Source of the DNA: Spirochaetota bacterium
GTDB taxonomy: Bacteria; Spirochaetota; UBA4802; UBA5550
Assembly (NCBI GenBank): GCA_963663865.1
Contig: OY760686.1
Span: 1,504,001-1,568,000, forward strand
DNA length: 64,000 nt
Reading direction: 5' to 3'
Shown here in pieces: positions 1-8,360 of the stretch; within the stretch, counting starts at the first letter, position 1; each line of letters opens with the position of its first letter. Below the pieces are notes generated by a model, which saw only the letters and a list, made by a program, of their open reading frames with translations, made no database searches and was not told where the DNA came from. The position numbers were made by a program, and so were the translations under genes.

Positions 1-115
1 TGTGTTATTTTCTCTGTTTGCCTTTAATATTCTGTAAGTTTTTTCAGCCGAATTTAGTTCTCCCGCAGAGGTTGTTCATTATCAGAAAAACTGTGTTTGT
101 TTAACTTCAACAGAC

Positions 116-1492
116 ATGAAACGTTTATTCTGTATGGATAATCTTGATATCTGGCAGAGGGCCGCGTCATCAACAGGCTCAAGATACAGTCTTGTGCTCG
201 CCGGGGCAGGAGCGGGGAAAACAAGCACCCTCATCGCGCGGGTAATCATGCTGATAAACAGCGGGGTTGAGCCCGGCCGAATTCTCATTGTAACATTCAG
301 CAGGAAGGCATGCACCGAACTTCGGGAGCGGTTATCAACGCGATTGAAAACCGGCAGCGAATCTGTGTTCATTTCAACGTTCCATGGGCTCGCCCTTGGA
401 ATTCTGAGAGATTACAGAAACGAGTTCCGTGAGCTCTCGGGGTATAACAGCTTTCCTGATGTAATGAGCGGAGCAGAAAAAGAAGCTTTGATGCACAAAT
501 TATTCCGTGAGAACATGAAAGCCTGGAAAGGCATGCCTTATGATATTGCGTCAAAGGCCGTTTGCGGAATGCTCAGCAAAAGAACGGTGTCAAGAGAAGA
601 AATGGCAAAAAGCGGGATGTCAGCCGTGATTGAGCGCTTTCAGCAGCGGTTTCGACTGCTAAAGAGGGAGAGCTCGCTTATTGACTACGATGATATTATC
701 TTTTTCGCGAACAGCCTTCTGAGCCAAAACGCCCGAGTGCGTGAGCAGGTGCAGAGTAAGTTCAGCTATGTGCTGGTTGATGAGTTTCAGGATACGTCTC
801 CTGATAATTACGAGCTGATCCGCAATATCATAAACGGGAACAGAGACTGCGGGCTTTTTTTAATAGGCGACGATTGGCAGTCAATTTACGGTTTCAGGAA
901 GGCTGAGGTCGACTATATCGTTAATCCGTGGAAATACTTTCCGGGGATCAGCATCTACAGACTCGAGCGAAATTACAGGTCTCATAGAGAGATAGTCGAG
1001 ATTTCAAGCAGGCTTATCCGTAAAAACAGGTACAGGACCAGGAAGAAAGCCGTGTCAATTCCGGGTCCTGGCGGTCTGGTTCGAATCTATATTGTCTCAG
1101 GGCCGGCGGATGAGTCTGTATGTGTTTCAAAACTTATCGAAGGTGTTCCCGACAATGAAACACTTCTTGTTGAATATAGAAATAACCGTTACGGCAAAGA
1201 GATAAGAGACAGGGTCGGAGAGGCCGCTGAGAAAAAGAATGTTTTTTTCATGACGATGCACTCTTCCAAGGGGCTTGAATTCGACAATGTCGTAATAGCC
1301 GGATTGGCTGATGGAATACTGCCCGACCGCTCATCCGGTGTCGAAGAGGAAAGGAGGCTTCTCTATGTGGCAATGACCAGGGCAAAGAAAAGGCTGATAA
1401 TACTCGCTACACCTGGGGCCGACGGACAGCTTCCGCTTTTCTGCAGTGGGCTTGGGATCAGGGCAGTGAAGTGGGATGAAAGTTGTTTGTGA
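116..1492 (+). CDS. UvrD/PcrA-family SF1A DNA helicase, short form lacking most of subdomain 2B
   Basis: Walker A AGAGAGKT, VTFSRKA, STFHGL, LVDEFQD, IGDDWQSIYGFR, LERNYRS, MTMHSSKGLEF, EERRLLYVAMTRAK. Confidence 0.93.
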   Translation: MKRLFCMDNLDIWQRAASSTGSRYSLVLAGAGAGKTSTLIARVIMLINSGVEPGRILIVTFSRKACTELRERLSTRLKTGSESVFISTFHGLALGILRDYRNEFRELSGYNSFPDVMSGAEKEALMHKLFRENMKAWKGMPYDIASKAVCGMLSKRTVSREEMAKSGMSAVIERFQQRFRLLKRESSLIDYDDIIFFANSLLSQNARVREQVQSKFSYVLVDEFQDTSPDNYELIRNIINGNRDCGLFLIGDDWQSIYGFRKAEVDYIVNPWKYFPGISIYRLERNYRSHREIVEISSRLIRKNRYRTRKKAVSIPGPGGLVRIYIVSGPADESVCVSKLIEGVPDNETLLVEYRNNRYGKEIRDRVGEAAEKKNVFFMTMHSSKGLEFDNVVIAGLADGILPDRSSGVEEERRLLYVAMTRAKKRLIILATPGADGQLPLFCSGLGIRAVKWDESCL

Positions 1493-1637
1493 GATATAGC
1501 TGCGGGATAGTTTATTTATCCTGAGAATAAAAAATTTATGTCATTAATTGTCATAAATACACACATACAATGTGAGATGCGCAGAGAGTAAATGAGATTC
1601 TTTGAAAACATGTATCGTTTATCAAAATAAATATATA

Positions 1638-1666
1638 TTGACATGGCATTTGTGATGATATATATA
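1638..1666 (+). promoter_or_regulatory. Putative sigma70 promoter of the M4 protease locus
   Basis: TTGACA (1638-1643), 17 nt, TATATA (1661-1666); the direct repeat ATATATATTG at 1631-1640 and 1660-1669 overlaps both boxes. Confidence 0.5.
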
Positions 1667-1714
1667 TTGCTGGTGAAATCAAAATAAATCGGAGGGAGTA
1701 ATGGATCGTAATTT

Positions 1715-1734
1715 TCACGGACTCACGGACTCAC
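1715..1734 (+). repeat. Octanucleotide tandem repeat (TCACGGAC)x2.5 in the 5' end of the M4 protease gene
   Basis: TCACGGAC 1715-1722, TCACGGAC 1723-1730, TCAC 1731-1734, lying between the RBS-linked ATG1701 and the signal-peptide codons. Confidence 0.8.
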
Positions 1735-1770
1735 ATTCGCCGTGCCTTATTTAAAATTGCAATAGTAATT

Positions 1771-3720
1771 ATGTTGCTTCCCGCGTTTTTATCCTGCGAC
1801 TCGGAGAATATGAACTCTCAGGAGAACAGTTCAACAAAACAACCATCCATGACAAGACTGAGCCTTATCAACGGGCAGTCAATATCCAAAAAAATCGGCG
1901 TAAAGAGAAAGGGCCTTCTTATCAATACAGATCAGACCATAGATGATAACATAGTTGATACCCTCATGAAGGCGAGAAACACTGAAGCGGTTGTAGAAAG
2001 AAATAAAACGGACATATACGGGTATTCACATCACAGGTTTAAACAGCGCTATGAGGGGATTGAGGTCATAGATGCCGAGTTTATTGTACACCGTGACAGG
2101 GATGGCGAAATTCTCTACGTTAACGGCAGGGTCTTCAATCCGGAGGGTATGTCAGTAGAGGCTGAGATAGAATCAGATGAAGCGGCAGAGCTTGTAGAAG
2201 ATGAGTACGGTGAAGACGAAGACTTTGAGCTTCTTTCAAAGCCGGAGCTCGTGATTAAGGATTCATCGCTTCAGTATCGTGTTTATTATTCAAAAAATAG
2301 TGAAGAAACATCAGTAGAAAATTATATCTGCTATATTGATGCATTAACAGGAAAGATCAATAAGGTTAATAAGCTGAGCCCTGAATTCTCATACGAAGCA
2401 TCAGAGATAACAACTATTTCAGGACAAAGGCTGTCTGGAGAACGGACCAGTGACGATGAAACAGTCAGTTTCAATGCCACTTTGAAATATCAATATGAAT
2501 ATTATGAAGAATCTGGTGGTTATGATTACTATTATTACATTTACCCTGATACATACAAGTATTGGTTGAAGGATGACAGGACTACCACCGCTGGAGGTGC
2601 AAGGTATAAGCAGTGGTATGTGCAAAAAATACATAAATATCTAGGAAAATACAGCTATACTTCTTTTGTTACTAGTACTATATATTCAGCAACAAATTTC
2701 AATTATATTGATGAAAATAGTACAAACAATATAAGGACAATAATAAGTAATACAGGCACCTTCAATAATTCAGAAATATCGGCTGCAAAAAATATTTCAT
2801 TGATTCAATCATACAACTACAATATACTCGGAAGACTGGGGATTGATGACGGACAGAGTCCGAATTATATCATCAATGGAACATGTTATCCACTTCCCGC
2901 ATGCATTTATGTAGATGATGATCATTATGATGCCACAAATTGTGGATATACACCAAAAGACTTTAGTGCGACTGTCAGAGCATATTCATATCCACGAGGG
3001 TCATTTTATTTTGGCTCTGGCGATGGGAAGACTCGTGGTTCACTATGTATTCTAGATTTGATGGCGCATGAATATGGTCATGCAATCTCGGATTGGGAAT
3101 CAGGTATTCATACGTCAGACAAATTAAGCGAAGAAGCTGCTCTGGCCGAATCATACTCAGATATATTTGGGACAATAGTAGAGTTTTACTATCAGCCTGA
3201 CGGACGCCAGTATTACGGAACGACCATTGGTGAATACACAAATCACCGTCCTGGCTATGCTGACTGGTATATCGGGGAGGATACATGTATATATTCTGAA
3301 TCTCCTGTGGCATTCAGGGATATGAGAAATCCATGTTCTATAACAAGTAAATCAGGTTATACTGGTTCTAAATATTATAACGGAATCAATTGGAACTCTT
3401 CTAACGAGTGTCATGCCAGAGCAGGTGTTCAGAACTTCGCCTTCTACCTTCTCAGCGATGGCGGCAGCGGCATAAAGGAAGACTGTCCGGGCGGCAAGGC
3501 GTACAATGTGACCGGAATTGGGGTCCAGAATGCCGGCGCGATCGCGATGTACTCAAACTGTAACCTCCTGACCTCCAACGCTGATTTCCAGGAGTCAGCA
3601 GATGCGTGGTACTTGGCTGCATTCCTGATGGGATATACTGGGCAAATGGCCTTTTATACTTCCAATGTTCAGGCTGCATGGTCAGCGGTTGGTATTACAA
3701 CAATCAATATTATGTATTAG
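1771..3720 (+). CDS. M4 (thermolysin-family) zinc metalloprotease lipoprotein with FTP/PepSY-like propeptide; true start probably ATG1701 across a frameshift
   Basis: HEXXH (AHEYGH), third ligand AALAESYSDIFG, DWYIGED, FRDMRNP, CHARAGVQNFAFYLLSDGG, VQAAWSAVG; propeptide motif HHRFKQRYEGIEV; lipobox FLSC. Confidence 0.9.
   Translation: MLLPAFLSCDSENMNSQENSSTKQPSMTRLSLINGQSISKKIGVKRKGLLINTDQTIDDNIVDTLMKARNTEAVVERNKTDIYGYSHHRFKQRYEGIEVIDAEFIVHRDRDGEILYVNGRVFNPEGMSVEAEIESDEAAELVEDEYGEDEDFELLSKPELVIKDSSLQYRVYYSKNSEETSVENYICYIDALTGKINKVNKLSPEFSYEASEITTISGQRLSGERTSDDETVSFNATLKYQYEYYEESGGYDYYYYIYPDTYKYWLKDDRTTTAGGARYKQWYVQKIHKYLGKYSYTSFVTSTIYSATNFNYIDENSTNNIRTIISNTGTFNNSEISAAKNISLIQSYNYNILGRLGIDDGQSPNYIINGTCYPLPACIYVDDDHYDATNCGYTPKDFSATVRAYSYPRGSFYFGSGDGKTRGSLCILDLMAHEYGHAISDWESGIHTSDKLSEEAALAESYSDIFGTIVEFYYQPDGRQYYGTTIGEYTNHRPGYADWYIGEDTCIYSESPVAFRDMRNPCSITSKSGYTGSKYYNGINWNSSNECHARAGVQNFAFYLLSDGGSGIKEDCPGGKAYNVTGIGVQNAGAIAMYSNCNLLTSNADFQESADAWYLAAFLMGYTGQMAFYTSNVQAAWSAVGITTINIMY
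3425..3610 (+). repeat. Homology block A copy 1 (M4 3' region); repeated at 5102-5287
   Basis: Manual alignment: 17 mismatches in 186 nt, 14 synonymous. Confidence 0.92.
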
Positions 3721-3740
3721 ATTACGAAGCGAGGTAAAAA

Positions 3741-4808
3741 ATGAGAAAAATAACCTTAATACTGTTAGCACTGTTTTCCATTCTCTCATGCGATTCAGAT
3801 TCAGATAACACTCCGTCAGGAAGCGGGCCGGGACAGGTTGAGCCTCTTGAGGGAGTGTTTGTTCTTGGTTCTGTAGGGGATGCTGCTGATGGATACTGGC
3901 ATGACGGATTGTGGCACGGTTGTAATGTTCCAGATGGAACAGAATATTATTTTTCAACATCTATTTGTGTTAGTGAGGATGATGTTTATGTGTCAGGCTT
4001 GGGTTCAACATCTGGGTCGGAAGTTGTAGGATATTATCAAAATAATGAATGGATTTATTTTGAAAATACATATGGTTCACAGTATATCAAAGCAATTGTT
4101 GTAATTGATGATTCTGTGTACTGTGCGGGAATATCCTCATCGGCTGCTTGTTACTGGGAAAACGGTGAAATAAAATATCTCAAAGATATTTTCGGAGATG
4201 AGAAAGGGACTGGTTGTGCAAACTGCATAGTTGTAAATAATTATGATATTTATGTTGCAGGTACTATTTCGTCCGCTCCAGTATATTGGAAAAATGATGT
4301 GCCAGAACAATTGTTTGTAAATGACGTGGATATAGATTATGGTGGCATAAATACAGTCATCTTTCATGATGATGAAATGTATGCTGCAGGTTGGGTTCGT
4401 GATACAGACAATAAATACCATACGGGATATTGGATAAATGGTACCTGGGTAAGTCTTAATAATCCTTTTTATGATTCATCGCAAATCAGTATTACTGATA
4501 TTGTTTTTGTAAATAATGATGTTTATGTGTTAGCATATGCATTAGATATTTCTGAATCATATACTGAATTTACATCCGGTTACTGGAAGAATGGCGTATG
4601 GACTACGCTTGAGGCACAAAACGGTACAGTAAAGGCTGTGGCTATGGTCGAACATGATGGCGATATCTATATAGCTGGCACCTGTTATGAAAATTTCGGT
4701 TTTAATGGTTTTTCCGCTTCTTACGCCGGCTATTGGAAGAACGGCGAGTGGCACCCTCTTGGCGAAGAAGGTGTTAAAACACAGGCATTTGACATTGTCG
4801 TGAAGTAA
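3741..4808 (+). CDS. Lipoprotein with repeated YWKNG...I-x-V-x-x-x-DVYVAG units (probable beta-propeller), paralog 1
   Basis: Signal peptide with lipobox ILSC-DSD; about 7 repeats (GYWHDG, GYYQNN, CYWENG, VYWKND, GYWING, GYWKNG x2); RBS GAGGT. Confidence 0.85.
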   Translation: MRKITLILLALFSILSCDSDSDNTPSGSGPGQVEPLEGVFVLGSVGDAADGYWHDGLWHGCNVPDGTEYYFSTSICVSEDDVYVSGLGSTSGSEVVGYYQNNEWIYFENTYGSQYIKAIVVIDDSVYCAGISSSAACYWENGEIKYLKDIFGDEKGTGCANCIVVNNYDIYVAGTISSAPVYWKNDVPEQLFVNDVDIDYGGINTVIFHDDEMYAAGWVRDTDNKYHTGYWINGTWVSLNNPFYDSSQISITDIVFVNNDVYVLAYALDISESYTEFTSGYWKNGVWTTLEAQNGTVKAVAMVEHDGDIYIAGTCYENFGFNGFSASYAGYWKNGEWHPLGEEGVKTQAFDIVVK

Positions 4809-4827
4809 TTTCTGCAAAGAGGCCGGC
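4713..4827 (+). repeat. Homology block C copy 1 (propeller 3' end, stop codon and terminator arm); repeated at 6419-6533
   Basis: 6 mismatches in 115 nt; the 5 coding mismatches are all synonymous. Confidence 0.92.
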
Positions 4828-4853
4828 AGTGAAAGGGCCGGCCTCTTTGTTTC
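4815..4853 (+). terminator. Intrinsic terminator after propeller paralog 1
   Basis: Stem CAAAGAGGCCGGC/GCCGGCCTCTTTG followed by TTT. Confidence 0.8.
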
Positions 4854-5091
4854 CCAAAACAGTTGATCAGAAATCAGGGGCTTTTTAAGATTGATGAACT
4901 TCAATTGATTTTCATATCCAGCTGGAAACTATTTTTTTCAATTGAGTTTTACTCTACATAAAGGACTGGCAACTTATTTTAATCCAACAAGAATCAAAGA
5001 TGTCGTATTTTCGATACAATAGACGAAAAGTATGTCATTTTTCCTCTCTTAAATACTCATAGTAAATAATGATACCCCTTGCAGCAGCTCT

Positions 5092-5394
5092 GCCCGGGTC
5101 AGTGTCCAGAACTTCGCCTTCTATCTTCTCAGCGATGGCGGCAGTGGCATAAACGAAGACTGCCCGGGCGGGAAAGCGTACAATGTAACAGGATTTGGGG
5201 TCCAGAATGCCGGCGCGATAGCCATGTACGCAAACTGTAACCTGCTGACCTCCAACGCTGATTTTCAGGAGTCGGCAGACGCGTGGTTGCTTGCGTCATA
5301 TCTCTTTTATCTTGAGGGGATGGACGATTATATGGACAACGTTGTTTCTGCCTGGTGTGCTGTGGGGGTTATTCCCCAGTTAAATGGCCATTAA
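5092..5394 (+). pseudogene. Orphan 3' fragment of an M4 protease gene: stop-free, no 5' start, alternative C-terminus
   Basis: Translates ARVSVQNFAFYLLSDGGSGINEDCPGGKAYNVTG...ADAWLLASYLFYLEGMDDYMDNVVSAWCAVGVIPQLNGH*; in-frame TAA at 5050; lacks HEXXH. Confidence 0.88.
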
Positions 5395-5416
5395 TATGTA
5401 TAGAAGGAGATCTAAT

Positions 5417-6514
5417 ATGAAAATAACAGCTTTAATTATATCAGCTATGTTTATGCTTATATCATGCGATACAGACTCAGAAAATTCTCCGTCTGGACCC
5501 GGGCCGGAACAGGTTGAGCCTCTTGAAGGAGTATTTGTGCTTGGATATCAATATGGAGAAGAAATAAAATATGGATACTGGCATGATGGGTTGTGGAATC
5601 AGCTTCCAGTTTCAGATTCAGGAAAAATTGGCAGAGCTTATTCTTTATGTGTGTATGAAGATTCGATCTATATGGCAGGGTCTGAAAGTTATGATGGTAA
5701 TAACTTCCAATCGGGATACTATGTCAACAATGAATGGGTTCAGATCAATGAGCCAAATGAATATTGGCATATATCAGATATTGAAGTTCACAACAATAAA
5801 ATATATTGTGCAGGCGCATCGGGGTCTACAGCATGTTACTGGATAAACGGTGAGGTAATATTTCCTGCTGATATTGAAGGTGAATCTTATGCCAACGGGA
5901 AGATTAACTCAATAATCGTTGAAAATGATAATGTTATAGCTGTCGGCGATAATCATATTTTCCCAGTTTACTGGTTAAACACAGAGCCTGTACAGCTGTC
6001 TATACCTGGAGAATTAATCAATGGCAGTCTGTGGGTAGTAAGGAAATATAACGATAATATTTATACGGCAGGATGGTGTAGAAACCAGGATGGTGATTAT
6101 CTTACTGGCTATTGGAAGAACGATGAATGGGTTACATTGACTAACCCGTTTTGTGAAGATGCAAGACTTACGATTATCACGGGAATAGAAGTAGTCAATG
6201 ATGATGTCTATGTTTGTGCATATTCTGATGTTATTGAAACTTTAGATTTTCAAGTGAGCTATTCGGAATTCACTTCAGGTTACTGGAAGAATGGAGAATG
6301 GTTTGAACTTGAGACACCGAATGGGACACCAAGGGCGGAAGGAATGGTAGAACGCAATGGTGATATTTACATTGTTGGTACATCCTATGTTGAATTGAAT
6401 CACCTTTATCCATTCTCATCCGCTTCTTACGCCGGCTACTGGAAAAACGGTGAGTGGCACCCTCTTGGCGAGGAAGGAGTTAAAACACAGGCATTTGACA
6501 TTGTCGTGAAGTAA
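5417..6514 (+). CDS. Beta-propeller-like lipoprotein, paralog 2
   Basis: RBS AGGAG at 5405-5409 before ATG5417; lipobox LISC-DTD; same repeats as paralog 1; C-terminal SASYAGYWKNGEWHPLGEEGVKTQAFDIVVK identical to paralog 1. Confidence 0.85.
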   Translation: MKITALIISAMFMLISCDTDSENSPSGPGPEQVEPLEGVFVLGYQYGEEIKYGYWHDGLWNQLPVSDSGKIGRAYSLCVYEDSIYMAGSESYDGNNFQSGYYVNNEWVQINEPNEYWHISDIEVHNNKIYCAGASGSTACYWINGEVIFPADIEGESYANGKINSIIVENDNVIAVGDNHIFPVYWLNTEPVQLSIPGELINGSLWVVRKYNDNIYTAGWCRNQDGDYLTGYWKNDEWVTLTNPFCEDARLTIITGIEVVNDDVYVCAYSDVIETLDFQVSYSEFTSGYWKNGEWFELETPNGTPRAEGMVERNGDIYIVGTSYVELNHLYPFSSASYAGYWKNGEWHPLGEEGVKTQAFDIVVK

Positions 6515-6523
6515 TTTCTGCAA

Positions 6524-6552
6524 TGAGGCCGGCCCTTTTCGGGCCGGCCTCA
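6524..6552 (+). terminator. Hairpin/terminator after propeller paralog 2
   Basis: Stem TGAGGCCGGCCC/GGGCCGGCCTCA, homologous to the 4815 hairpin; weak U-tract. Confidence 0.7.
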
Positions 6553-6711
6553 AGTTTACCTCCACACATTTAAAAATCCGGAAGCTCTGTTTTTGTAATA
6601 AATGCCCGCAATCCACGCTTTTTTACTTTCAATTATCAGGGCATTTGCTTAATATCGCAGTTGTTCCGTTGAGACTCAGCGGTATTATTTCAATAGCAAA
6701 TAAGCTGGAGA

Positions 6712-8310
6712 TTGAACATGAAGATTAAAAGAACATTGACGTTATTTTTTGTTTTTATCTGTTTTTTGTCTGCCGGGGCGGAAGACAGAGGACTTGAGAT
6801 TGAGTCTATTGTGCCTTCCAACGCATCGGTTTTTATTAAAACCGCGCCGCTGGGATCGGTGATTGACTCGTTTAACGGTTTTGTCGGAACTTCATTTACT
6901 GAAAATCAGAAGATGAATCTCAAAAGCGAATTAAAGGAGATTGCCGATAAAACCGGGATCAACCCGGTTGACAAAACCTCCCTTGAAAAGGCCGGAATTG
7001 ACACGTCCAGAGCTTCTGCATTGACGTATAAAGAAGGGGATGGAAGTGAGGAGCTCATTACCCTCTATATTCCGATCCGCGATGCTGCTACATTCCCATT
7101 GAAGTTTGTTGAAATATTGAAAAAAGCTAAAGAAAAGAGCGGCAAAAAAATCGATCCTTATCCCGTAGTCACGAATTACAGGGACGTCTCAGTTAATCAG
7201 ATCGACAAAGACGTCTTTTGTGCTGCAGTCGGAAAGTATTTTGTAATAACATCTCAGGGAGCTCTTTTGAGATCAGTGATTGATCTCCAGAACTTGGAGG
7301 GCGCCGCCATCTCCGGGGATGCTCTGTACATGAAGTATCTTGGCAATGCCAGGTCGGGGAATGACGTTAATGTCTTTATCCGGCCGGAAATATTTGATAA
7401 CCTCTACGCGGGAAGAGGCAGAAAAAGCCGCCCGAAACAGCCGAAGTCGGACATGTTCAGCGATTATTTTAACTATATCAGCGGCGGGCTCAAGCTGAGC
7501 TCATCAAGCTTTTCCGCTTCTATCGGTGCAGACTTTGTTGAAGGCAAGGAGAAGGTTAGCCGTATTCTCAACATCATGAAAACAGGGAAACATGAAATTT
7601 CTCTGAGTGGAAAGGATGCGCTGATTTTTTCATTTGTGTCCCTCGATATTGAGAAAATAGCCGCGGCGCTCAAGTCTGAAAAGGGAGATGATGATTACAG
7701 GCAGATGGTTTCCATGATTGAAATGACGACAGGCCTTGACTTTGAAAAGGATATTCTGCCGTCATGTGAGGGAGTTTTTAATATTCTTGTTGATAACCCT
7801 ATTACGGGAGACTATGCCGGATTTACGGCAGCAAAGAGCGCGGCCAGGTCCAAAGCCCTGTTCAGCAAGATGATGAGTTCAATGAAAACCAGATTCACTG
7901 CCGGCGGGAAGTTCGGAACAACATCTATCGGGAAGTCCCGCGGCTTCTGGATTGTAGGCGGGGACGCCAGGCGGATATATTTCAGCAGCGACACAAGAGG
8001 CATCTACGCCGGAACGAATCCACAGCTCTTGCTCAAACTGATGGGTATGAAGCAGATATCCGGTGAAACTGGAGGAAACGGGATTAAGGGCAGAATCAAT
8101 GAAAACACCTTTCTGATGACTCTGGTGAAGAAAAACGATCTCCTTTCAAATCTGCTGGTTTCACAGCTTTCAATGAGGGGACTTGTAACTGGTGAAGGCG
8201 TGGCTGAGCTTGCGAAGACAGCGTCTCTGGTGGGCGATATCTATCTCAGCGGTTCGCGTAAGGGCGGATTCGCGGAGGTTATGCTGGAAGTCAATATAGC
8301 CGGGAAGTGA
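6712..8310 (+). CDS. Exported hypothetical protein (possibly DUF3352-like)
   Basis: 532-aa ORF, signal peptide ending AGA, RBS GGAG. Confidence 0.7.
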   Translation: MNMKIKRTLTLFFVFICFLSAGAEDRGLEIESIVPSNASVFIKTAPLGSVIDSFNGFVGTSFTENQKMNLKSELKEIADKTGINPVDKTSLEKAGIDTSRASALTYKEGDGSEELITLYIPIRDAATFPLKFVEILKKAKEKSGKKIDPYPVVTNYRDVSVNQIDKDVFCAAVGKYFVITSQGALLRSVIDLQNLEGAAISGDALYMKYLGNARSGNDVNVFIRPEIFDNLYAGRGRKSRPKQPKSDMFSDYFNYISGGLKLSSSSFSASIGADFVEGKEKVSRILNIMKTGKHEISLSGKDALIFSFVSLDIEKIAAALKSEKGDDDYRQMVSMIEMTTGLDFEKDILPSCEGVFNILVDNPITGDYAGFTAAKSAARSKALFSKMMSSMKTRFTAGGKFGTTSIGKSRGFWIVGGDARRIYFSSDTRGIYAGTNPQLLLKLMGMKQISGETGGNGIKGRINENTFLMTLVKKNDLLSNLLVSQLSMRGLVTGEGVAELAKTASLVGDIYLSGSRKGGFAEVMLEVNIAGK

Positions 8311-8360
8311 GAAGATGCTATTTTATACGGGGCTGCTGAGCGCGGCCCCGATGGAGTTTG

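Noticed and set aside
3425-5287. Diversity-generating retroelement VR/TR pair at the protease C-terminus
   Set aside because: The 17 mismatches are mostly synonymous third-position changes and are not adenine-specific; no reverse transcriptase in the window.
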